Assembly (NCBI RefSeq): GCF_039654945.1
Contig: NW_027361825.1
Coordinates: 23,808,001 to 23,872,000, forward strand
Direction: 5' to 3'
Origin: Dendrobates tinctorius
Lineage: Eukaryota
Length of the DNA stretch: 64,000 nucleotides
Each line of letters opens with the position of its first letter. The stretch's first letter is position 1. The position numbers and the translations under genes were made by a program. Shown here piece by piece: positions 49,601 through 61,600 of the stretch. The notes under the pieces were generated by a model. The model ran no database searches. It saw only the letters and a list, made by a program, of their open reading frames with translations, and was not told the origin of the DNA.

Positions 49601-52600
49601 CGCCACAATACTCAGAGGTCACCCGAGCATGCTCGGGAAAACCCGACCAACGAGTATACTCGCTCAACACTAGTAGTAAACATATCATGTGACTTTAGAT
49701 TAGTGACTACAATCATCCCCTATGAATAATTTGCCGGAGAGGGGTCTTACTCTCTGCAGTGAGTCTTCGGGGTCTCCAAACCAAGTCAGCCTTTTCTTTT
49801 TCTCCTTCCAACACAGTGCAGTTTCTGCACTCCGGGATCACTGCCTGGAACCTATCTCCGATGTTAATGTGACTTAAAGGGGAAAAAAATCCAAAATGTA
49901 AACTATAAAAGGGATGACGGTTTATCCTCAGATTGCAGTTACTTACGGCTGGACAGAAAACTCTGTGGTGTCTCTGACGAGGCCGACTCCGGCAGTGTCT
50001 ATATCTGCGGGGGTAACACGCACTGTAAGTACCATTATACACACAAGTCCTCATGTCGTACCACCACACGGAAACCAGTACTCACCATCAACACTGAGAG
50101 GCTGGTACTTGGCACTGGAGGGAGCGCAGAAGGTGTGGAAATAGAGGCCGGTACCTTGGCGGATGGGGCTTAGCATGGGAGGGGGGGTGTACTGGCAGTG
50201 GAGGGCACCTTTGTGGAGGTACTCGGATAGCGGGGTGTCTGGTGAGCGCATGCTGCTCTGGAAACAACCAGAGGGGGCAGAATTCTTTTCCACCACCGGA
50301 GTGGGGATGTATAAGGGCAGAGGACAAGGTCTTTTCTTTTTCCCCTTTTTCATGGTAGACTTTTGATGACCTCTAAGTGCATTCACCTAAACAGCAAAGA
50401 TAAAAGTGCCAACAGTTAAAGGGGTTGTAAAGGGGAATAATTACTTAAAAAGCTCCCCTCACCTTGTTGTCTTTCTTAGTGACTGGCACAGACACAGGGA
50501 TCACCAGGCGTCCTGCAGTCTCGTCCTTCGTTGTCCAGGACCCTGATCCCAGACATTGTGCTGTCGGCTCCCCCGTACGTTGCCAGCTTACTGTATCCCC
50601 TTCTTGAAAGTCCTTTAAAATATCCTATATTGTCATATTTTAACAACGGTCTATAAATGTTTATTTTGGAAGAAAAATCATTTTCATAATTGGTTCTTAG
50701 TACAAATTTTGCACCGTTTGCCTTCCTATAGTCTGTGTGTGTGTGTTGAGCTGTCTATTACTGGGCTGAAGAATGAGTTAACTGAAAATCTATCAGTGAG
50801 AGGAGTTTGTACCTCTTTTGTCTATTTTTTTTCTCAGTTCCTTTCAATTTATGATGAAAGTTGAGCTGAACTTTGTGGTGTAGGAAACATGCCACAGCCT
50901 GGGTTAGTGTGCACATAATCAAACAGAAATTTTAAAAAAGTTAGTTACAAAACTTTCCTAAAGTTTTTATTGTATTATGGCTTCTAAGGCTGATCGCTAA
51001 ACAAATTATCTTTGGATCCGCTCATAAATGGATGAAATGTTCGGAGGCTTAAGAACCCGTAGGATCAGGGTCTTTCCAGTTATGAAACCACACAACAGCA
51101 ATGATACTGGAAGAGTGGGAGGACGTGGGGGAAAAGCATGTAGTCCCAAGGGATTTTAAGTACCGCCTTCCCTTTGATCCAGAGGAGACCAAGGTATGGG
51201 AAACAGTACCAAAAATTGACATACCTGTAGCACGGGTCTCTAAGAAGACAACCATTCCCTTTGAAGACTCTTCTGGCCTTAATGATCCAATGGACAAAAG
51301 GTCGGAGGACCTACTTAAGAAGGCCTGGGAATCGTCTGCAGCCATTATGAAAGCAAACATGGCAGTCACTCCGGTAGCCAGGTCAATGACTCTATGGGTG
51401 GACTCCCAGGGAAGAAATCTTGAAATCGTTACCTTTGCTGAAAATGGCGACCGATTTTATGGCAGGATGCTTCAACAGTCAGCCTGCTTTGCAGCACGAA
51501 ACGTGTTGTCAAACACAGCAAGGCAGGCTTTGTGACTAAGATCATGGACAGGGGACACCCAGTCAAAGAATAAGCTGTGCTCGATACCCTTCACTTGGTC
51601 TACACACATTCGGACCAGTCCTGGATAAGTTGCTTGAGAAAGCATCAGACAAAAAGAAAGGCTTCCCTGAAGAAAAACCGAAGAGAATGCCGTCCTTTCG
51701 GAGGACTCTCTCTCATCCCAGGCAGGACTACAAAGGGAAGGGGAAGTTGGGCAGATGGAGCTACCCCAAGGGTGGCCAAGGTAGAGGCTCCTTTCAGGAC
51801 CATGAACCAAAACCCAGCAGACAATGACGACAGTGGCGTTGGGAGGAGACACCAGTACTTCGTGGGAGGTTGGCAGGAAATTGCCAAGAATCCATGGATT
51901 CTGCACACAGTAGCTCTGGGGTACAGGATAGAGTTCACCCAGTTACCTCTCAAGAGATACTGTCTAACCCCTACCCAGTCTCCAGTGGTCCACCAGATTC
52001 CAAAAAGATATACAAGAATTGTGGGTCATAATTCAGGCGCCACATTCCCAACAATACTAAAGGACATTATTCCAGTCTGTTTTCCCTAAAGAAGCCAGGA
52101 GGGGAATACCAAACAATAATCAACCTGAAACCACTAAACCGGTGGGTGGGTCTACAAGCAGTTCAAAATGGAGTCACTCTGGTCGGTCATGCCACTGATA
52201 AAGGACTCTGTAATGAGCACGCTGGATCTAGAGAGTGCCTATTACCATGTACACATCCATACCTCACACCAAAAATACCTCAGATTTTCGATAAAGAACC
52301 AGGGGAAGGTGCAACATTTTGAGTTCCGGTATCTGCCGTTCGGCCTCTCCTCTGTGCCCCAAATCTTTACAAAACTCAGAGTGGAAATTATGGGCTCCAA
52401 AGAGAAAATAACATTCTCATTGTCCCATACTTGGACGACCTGCTACTAGTAGCAGACTCGCCAGAGCAGATGGAGGAATATTTAGCAACAACCTTGTCAG
52501 TCCTAGAGAGGCTGGGATGGTTAATAAACCTTAAAAAAATAAAGTCTCAGACCAGAAAGGAAGAAAAAGTTTCTGGGTGCTCCTAGGTTCCGAACAGGAG

Positions 52601-55600
52601 TATTCATTCCTTCCACTGCACAAACAACAGACAAATAAACGGGAGATACAGGCTATGCAAAAACGAAAGTACATCTCCATCAGGAAAGCCATGAGAGTTC
52701 TAGATCTAATGACCTCATGTATTCCCAGTGTCCAATGGAGTCAGTTCCATTCAAGAATCCTACAACGGGAGGTACTGTCAGCCTAGGACGGCAAGGAGGC
52801 ATCACTGGACAACAGAATGTTAATATCCGGAGAGATAAAGCAGTCTGTCGTAGTGCACCAAAATAGCAAATCTCAGGAAAGGAAGACCCTGGAAAGTGTC
52901 GCCATTTGTAAGCATCACTACGGATGCAAGCCTCAAAGGTTGGGGATCTCACATAGAAGGACTTACCTCCAAGGAACATGGTCCACATCAGTGTTCAACA
53001 ACTCCTCGAACCACAGAGCTCAGAGCAGTTTGGGAAGCACTGAAGAGATGCCAAGAAGAGCTAAAGGATCGACATGTCAGAATCTTTTCAGACAATCCCA
53101 CCACAGTATCCTTCCTCCTACATCAGGGAGGTCCGAGGCACCGTCACTTACAGGAAATATCAGAAACAATATTTTCCTGGGCAGAAAGCACAGTGAAGTC
53201 AATCACAGCAGTGCATTTAAAAGGCTCAAAAAATCAGACTTTCTAAAAGCAGGGAGAAGGTTCAACCCTCGGAATGGTCTCTAAACGAAGAACTCTTTTA
53301 TCAGCTGACCTAGAGCTGGGGTACACCAGAAAGACTTATTCGCCTCCAGAAGACATACAAAGACAAAATAATTCTTTTCAATAAATCCAGGAGACAATCC
53401 GACCAGGGTGGACGAATTGACACAGAGCTGGTATATACAGCTTGCATACGCCTTCCCACCACTCGATCTAATACCGAGGGTACTGAGAAAGATCCAGGAG
53501 AGCTGGGCAGCGGTGATGCTAATAATCCCCTACTGGCCCAAAAGGAGCAGGTTTTGCCTATTGAAGTGGATGGCATTAGATGCAATTCTCCTACCATCAA
53601 GACTGGACCTTCTAACCAGGGCTGTGGAGTCTGAGTCGGAGTCGTGGAGTCGGAGTCGGTGCTCATTTTGGTGGAGTCGGAGTTGGAGTCGGTATAAAAT
53701 GGACCGACTCCGACTCCTAAAATATATAATAAATTGGGTACAGTAATTCAATGCAGGATGTGCTGAATATTTTTTCATAGGAGTTTGGGAAAGTTATGAA
53801 ATGTCCTATAAATGGCTGTTATATTCCTGATCTAAGGCTACATTCACACACAGCGTTTTTCCTGAGTTTTTTGAGGATACGTTTTTCAGCTGCAAAAGCT
53901 GATCATCTTTTTAAAAAACTGCATCACCTGAAAGGTTTTTGAGCTCATAGATAATGTTTTCAATAGCAAAAGCAGATTAGAAATCTGCTCTATCTATCCA
54001 TTTATCCATATCTGTCTATCCATATCGTATCTGTACCAAAAAGAATGAAAACCGGGTAGTACACCAATATATATTCTGTTCTATCTAAATATCTTGATTA
54101 TTGGATCATAAAAATGATTAAATGTCTGAGATTCACATTGTACTACAATAAATTTTTCACTTAAATATAAGCAATATGTGTGGGAGTCGGAGTCGGAGTT
54201 GGAGTCGGAGTCGGTGTAAGGGAAATTGAGGAGTCGGAGTCGCAGGTTTGGCTTACCGACTCCACAGCCCTGCTTCTAACGCAGGGCTCTCATTTTCATC
54301 TAAATCTAGGGATGTTACGGTTGTCATCCTAGATCCTGAGAGGGCGATCCCGGATCAAAGGGCCTGTCGGAATCGGTCATCTCTACTATCCAAAAGAGCA
54401 GGAAGCTGGTCCGCTATATATCTAAAGGTCTGGAAGAAATTCTGTTCCCAAAGTACTGTTCCCGTCTCCATCACTCAGAGCCCAGATATTCCTAATATTC
54501 TAGATTTCCATCAGACTGGCTTTGATAGGGGTCTGAAGCCTAGTACATTAAAGGTACATATAGCAGCTCTGGGATCGTTCTTTGACTATCCACTGGCCAA
54601 CCATCCCTGGGTAGTAAGTTCCATTAAAGCTATTCAGCGTATTAGACCTACAATACAAAGCACAATGATCCCCTGGGATCTCATCTTGGTCTTAAACGAA
54701 TTACGCAAAAGTCCATACGAGCCACTAGACCAAGCAGATCTAAGGTCAGTGTCGCTTAAAGCAGTCCTCCTGGTGACGATATCTTCAGCGAGGCGTATAG
54801 GAGAGATCCGGGCCCTTTCCATAAGGGACCCTTATCTAAAAATTCGGGAGGACTGTATCATCCTAAGACAGGATCCAGCCTTTTTTCCCAAGGTGGTTAC
54901 GGACTTCCACCGGAATCAGAAAATTGTGTTACCCACTTTCTGTCAAAACTACAGTAATAAGAAAACTCTCTCTTCACTCCTTGGATGTAAGGAGAACAGT
55001 TCTACAATACGTGAAGCTCACAGACAGCTGAAGAGTGGACTCAAACCTCTTCGTCTAGATGACCCGAAAGAACAGGGGGGAAGAAAGTTTCAAAAGCTAC
55101 TCTGGGTAGATGGATTAAGTCGACAATTAATGCAGCATATGTCTCGGCGGGAAAGACTCCGCCGGAGAACCTCAGGGCTCACTCGCTGAGAGCGATCTCC
55201 GCTTCATGGGCAGAGAGTGCTGGGGGATCCATGGATCAGAGCTGCGATTTGGTCAGATTTTTAAATACCTTTTGCAGACATAAGTTATGTCAAAGCAACA
55301 GACAGCCTTTGGGAGGAAAGTCCTCTAAGCGGTAATCCCGCCCTAGTAGGAGTTATTTGGTACTTCTCCTGGTGGTGCTGTCAGGAGGGACGTCCTGGAA
55401 AGTAGGAATTAATCCTACCGGTGATAGTGTTTTCCAGGAGTCCATCATAACAGCACCCCTTATATACCCTCCATTGGATTTCTTGTCTTGCATGTGAAAT
55501 GAACATGTGTAGAGAGGAAGTTCAATAAAATAGCGTTGCATCCATCCTGGTGTGGTACTTGGAAAAGACACTGAAGGGTGGTGGTGGGGAGGGGCTATTT

Positions 55601-58600
55601 AACTTCTTCTGTGCTCCTGTCCCTATCAAGGATACGAAGGACAACCTCCTGGTGGTGCTGTCATCATGGACTCCAAGAAACACCATTACCGGTAGGACTA
55701 ATTCCTACTTTTTCTATTACTGTGTTTCAAAAAAAAAATTTGGGACATTAAAGACTTGTATTATCTTTTATTATATTTTTGGGAGACAGGGGAATGATAA
55801 ATTATATAAAATGTAGTAGTGATCGTAAAAATAATGATATATATATATATATATATGTGTGTGACTGCTTTTTATTTGACAACATTCATAGTGTAGGAAT
55901 ACATATTGTGTTAATTTTTCTTGTGTAGATTTTTTTCTTTTTACTATATTATGTTTGTCTGTGATAGGATGAACTACATAGCAGAACTGAGGGCCACAGC
56001 GATCCTAAGGCACCTTGCAAACACAGCACCAGGATTCAGGGAAGGCAGAGGACAGGTTGCTCAGATTTGTACATGCCCAGGCATCCACCCGACTTGGGCA
56101 AATAGCTCTTGAGGGTATGCACCCAGCAGAGGGCACAGACACGGGTAATAGGAAAGCAACAGGCGACAGCAGAAGCCCATAAGATTCTATATGGCTGAGG
56201 CATGGTGCAAGGGTGACATCTAGTGGCAGCAAAGCAGTGGTGCAGACATGACTACAACTTTTTTATGTTTCGTGTAAAGACGACTATACTGAATAAAAAA
56301 AAACCACCATCTATGCCCAATTTAATGTTTCCTGCAATTTCAGCCAATTTACTTTTTTTGTAGGGCTGATGTCTTAATATATGTGATCATAATTCCTCAC
56401 CGAGATCTCTGCTTGCTGTCACTGAATGGGAGCAGCTCTGGTGCACTGTAATAAACCATTCAGCTGCTGAATGTAAACAGTAATTCCTCAGCAAGTAGAG
56501 ATCTTGAAAATGGTGAGATCACTTTTTCCTAATATATTATTCTTAGATTTCACCCACTGATCTGTAGTCGGCTCATTCCTGGGCAGTGACACTACTTACT
56601 TTTGGCTTGCTGATAGAAAGTCCATACATTTTTTCATTACCCTGGGATTTATTTAAGGCCGTAAATGACTCTAGGGCCTCTTGACTTGCAGGGACTATTC
56701 TGGGATTAAGGTTCGGCGTGTCCGTCTTCATGGCCAACTTGGACTGTATTTCACTTGTGCCGTTTACCAGTTTCTGACTCTCCTGTCCGGGTCGGGCTTG
56801 CGTTGCACCATTTTGACTTCCACTGGCCATGTTTTCTGCCGCCCTGCTGATCCTGGATAATGTTAGCAGTCCCCGAGGGTCTCTTTGCAGCTCCCCCCAG
56901 CCTCTTATACCAGTAATTTCTGGATGCCACCGGGGCATGGACATACTGGGGAGAGTTAGTGTTGCAGTGTGACAGATCGTAGACTGGGAATTTTTCACGG
57001 GAGGATAAAAGTTTGCCGGGTTTTGGATCTGGAATCCTGAATTTGGACAGAGCTGAATCGGAAGTCTTGTGAAATCTGGTGCATGGGGAAATGAATACTG
57101 CGCTTGCATGGCCTGGAGTCCATTATCAGCTGCAAGATACGCGTACCTATGATCTAGGTAGTTTGGGGGCTTGGCAAGGGGCTCTTCAAATTCACCACTT
57201 GTTGTGTCATCATTAAATGACCTGGTTAAAAGAATATCCGGCTGCTCCTGCATAGATCGGATCTTTGCAGGATACAGGGGATGATCTGCTGAAGGATCAG
57301 AGTAACTGGCATAGGCTGGATCCATGGACACTTTGTTAGAAGAATTAATTACAGTGTAAGTATTTCTGGCTGCAAAGTCTTCGCTCCACTTACTGCCATT
57401 TAAAGTTGTTGTCTGGGGGACATGGTTGGCCTTGGCGTCCTGCAAAACCGCCATATTGGACGTGACCTTCTGCTGTAAAATCTCAGTCACCAGGCATCTG
57501 ATGAGCTCATCATTGGGCAGAACAGGCAGGCCGGAGACTGGCTCTAGCACGCTACTTGGTGGTAATGCAGAGTTTGCGGTTGGTACTTCCAGCTGGTTTG
57601 TCCACAGTCCGTGATGAAGCTCGTAATGTCTCCGCAATGATCTGAAATCACAGTAGCTCTTGTTGCAGCCGCGCTCTGTGCACAAGAACGGTTTTACCTT
57701 CAGATGAGTCAACATGTGTCCCATCCTGGAGAAGAGAGAAGAGGAGACACTTTGACTACGTTACATGACAGCACCTGGCACAACCTGAGCATTTCTCACT
57801 ATATCTGAGAGGTGTCCTGACAGCTAATGGAAGCTGCTACAAATTTAGGGTCTGGCCGTTGCAACAAGACCCTTTTTTTTTTTTTTTTTATGCCTGCCCC
57901 TTCTCCAGGTGGCACAGAATTGAGGGATGATCCCTGACCATGTTGCAAGGCTCGTTAAGGGGTGGACATTGACTTATCACACAGCTACCTACGATCAATG
58001 GCTCTCTATTCTGCAGAATGCATATGAATTTTTTGACATATAGGGTGAATTAGGACGGCAGCGTGCATTTTGCATGTGTATATTTGCTTTAGTGAGTGTT
58101 CAAAAATAGATATATAGTGCAATTATTTTCTAATCAAGTCTTTCCCAACATTAGATGTGCAGGTGAATGGAGCAGGATCAGGGGCTGAGCTCGCTCCATA
58201 CACCTGAGACAATGGCGGTGTTACTGCTGGCACCGGCCACCTAATAGCGCAAGCTCTGACTGTAGCGGTTTAATCAATTACATGCCGCTGTCCCTCCAGG
58301 GGGCTAAAAAATAAATACAACGAAAATAAACAAAAAAAAGTATACATATATGTATGTAGAGTGGGGAAAAAAGTATTTAGTCAGCCACCAATTGTGCAAG
58401 TTCTCCCACTTAAAAAGATGAGAGAGGCCTGTAATTGACATCATAGGTAGACCACAATTATGAGAGTCAAAATGAGAAAACAAATCCAGAAAATCACCTT
58501 GTCTGATTCGGCAAGATTTATTTTGCAAATTACGGTGGAAAATAAGTATTTGGCCATTAACAAAAGTTCATCTCAATATTTTGTTATATATTCTTTTTTG

Positions 58601-61600
58601 GCAATGGCAGAGGCCGAACGTTTTCTGTAAGTCTACACAAGGTTGACACACACTGTTGGTGGTATGTTGGTCCATTCCTCCATGCAGATCTCCTTTAGAG
58701 CAGTGATGTTTTGGGCCTGTCACTGGGAAACTCTGACTTTCAAATCCCTCCAAAGGTTTTGTATAGGGTTGAGATCTGGAGACTGGCTAGGCCACTCCAG
58801 GACCTTCACATGCTTCTTACAAAGCCACTCCTTCGTTGCCCTGGTGCTGTGCTTGGGATTATTATGCTGAAAGACCCATCCACGTTTCATCTTCAATGCC
58901 CTTGCTGATGTAAGGAGGTTTGCACTCAAAATCTCACAATATATGGCCCCATTCATTCTTTCATGTACACGGATCAGTCGTTCTGATCCCTTTGCAGAGA
59001 AACAGCCCCAAAGCTTGATGTTGCCACTCCCATGCTTCACAGTAGGTATGGTGTTCTTTGGATGCAACTCAATATTCTGTCTCCTCCAAAAACAACAAGT
59101 TTTGTTTCTACCAAACAGTTCTACTTTGGTTTCATCAGGCCATATGACATTCTACCAATACTCTTCTGTATAATCCAAATGCCCTCTAGCAAACTTCAGA
59201 CGGGCCTGAACATGTACTGGCTTAAACAGGGGTACACGTCTGGCACTGCAGGATCTGAGTCCCTGGCGGCATAGTGTGTTACTGAGAGTAGCCTGTGTTA
59301 CGGTGGTCCCAGCTCTATGCAGGTCATTCAATAGGTCCCCCTGTGTGGTTCTGAGATTTTTGCTCACTGTTCTTGTGATTATTTGGACCCCAAGGGGTGA
59401 GATCTTGCATGGAGCCCCAGATCTAGGGAGATTATCAGTGATCTTGTATGTCTTCCATTTTTCTATTATTGCTTCCACAGTTGATTTCATCACACTAACC
59501 TGCTTGCCTATTGCAGATTTAGTCTTCAGATTGGTGGCTGACTAAATACTATTTTATCTCCGACTACAATTTTCCCAGTTCAAAACTACAGGAAAAAAAA
59601 AAAACATTCGGCGCTGCCAGGTCTGTAAAAGTTTGAGCTATGGAAATATACAACTAATTAATCCATACGGTAAACACCACAAAGAGTTATGCGGCTATGT
59701 CATTGGAAAAATAAAAATTATGGCTCTTTGAAGAGGGGAGAACAAAAAAATAGCAAAAAAAAATTGCCTGGCTGGGAAAGGCTTACAGTCATGGCCAAAA
59801 GTTTTGAGAATGACACAAATATTATATTTTCACATGATCTGCTGGCCTCTGGTTTTTATGTGTGTTTGTCAGATGTTTTTATCACATACAGAAATATAAT
59901 TGCAATCATATTATGTGTAACAAAAGGTTATATTGACAGTTAGAATGAGTTAATGCAGCAAGTCAATATTTGCAGTGTTGACCCTTCCTCTTCAGGACTT
60001 CAGCAATTCTCCCTGGCATGCTCTCAATCAACTTCTGGATCAAATCCTGACTGATAGCAGTCCATTCTTGCAAAATCAATGCTTTTATTTTGTCTGAATT
60101 TGAAGGTTTTTGTTTGTCCACCCGTCTCTTGATGATTGACCACAAGTACTCAATGGGATTAAGATCTGGGGAGCTTCCAGGCCATGGTCCCAAAATCTCT
60201 ATGTTTTGTTCCCTGAGCCATTTAGTTATCACCTTTGCTTTATGGCAAGGTGCTCCATCATGTTGAAAAAGGCACTGTTGATCGCCAAACTGCTCTTGGA
60301 CGGTTGGGAGAAGTTGCTCTTGGAGGACATTCTGGTACCGTTCTTTATTCATGGCTGTGTTTTTAGGCAAGATTGAGAGAGAGCCCATTCCCTTGGCTGA
60401 GAAGCCACCCCACACATGAATGGTTTCAGGATGCTTGACATTTGGCATGAGACAAGACTGGTGGTAGCGCTCACCTGGTCTTCTCCGAATAAGCCGTTTT
60501 CCAGATGTCCCAAACAATCGAAAAGGGGATTCATCAGAGAAAATGACTTTACCCCAGTCCTCAGCAGTCCACTCCCTGTACCTCTTGCAGAATATCAGTC
60601 TGTCCATGATGTTTTTTCTGGAGAAAAGTGGCTTCCTTGCTGCCCTCCTTGAGACCAGGCCTTGCTCCAAGAGTCTCCGCCTCACAGTGCATGCAGATGC
60701 ACTCACACCTGCCTGCTGCCATTCCTAAGCAAGCTCTGCACTGCTGGTAGCCCGATCCCGCAGCTGAAACACTTTTAAGAGACGATCCTGGCGCTTGCTG
60801 GTCTTTCTTGGGCGCCCTGGAGCCTTTTTGGCAACAAGGGAACCTCTCTCCTTGAAGTTCTTGATGATGCGATAGATTGTTGACTGAGTGCAATCTTTCT
60901 AGCTGCGATACTCTTCCCTGTTAGGCCATTTTTGTGCAGTGCAATGATGACTGCACGTGTTTCTTTAGAGATAACCATGGTTAACAGAAGAGAAACAATG
61001 ATTCCAAGCACCAGCCTCCTTTTAAAGTGTCCAGTGGTGTCATTCTTACTTAATCATGACAGATTGATCTCCAGCCCTGTCCTCATCAACACCCACACCT
61101 GTGTTAATGGAGCAATCACTGAAACAATGTTAGCTGGTCCTTTTAAGGCAGGGCTGCAATGATGTTGAAATGTGTTTTGGGGGATAAAGTTAATTTTCTA
61201 GGCAAATATTGACTTTGCAAGTAATTGCTGTTAAGCTGATCACTCTTTATAACATTCTGGAGTATATGCAAATTGCCATTAGAAAAAATGAAGCAGTAGA
61301 CTTTGTAAAAATTAATATTTGTGTCATTCTCAAAACTTTTGGCCATGACTGTAGTATAGAAATAGCTGGGTAAGTGTACTCCACTGTGCCTATATGTACG
61401 TGCCCTTTCCATGTTAAAATCAGTTATCGCACACCCCAATGTTCTGGATAAAGGGCACATTCACTTGTCTCAAGCATTTTTAAGTCTGTGTGCACAAAAC
61501 AAAAAAAAAAATCAAAAAAAATTGGATGCCATATGGAAAATCAATTTTACATCCAATTTTTATGGATATTTTGCAATTATTAACTTAACATTTAAAAGAT

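Noticed and set aside
50810-50900. Possible extra znf541 exon (CAG...GTAC)
   Set aside because: Phase is incompatible with the neighbouring phase-0 exons and there is no recognisable homology.
54248-55189. 313-aa ORF as a host recombinase gene
   Set aside because: Chimeric frame starting in the hAT end and reading through a frameshifted DIRS tyrosine recombinase.
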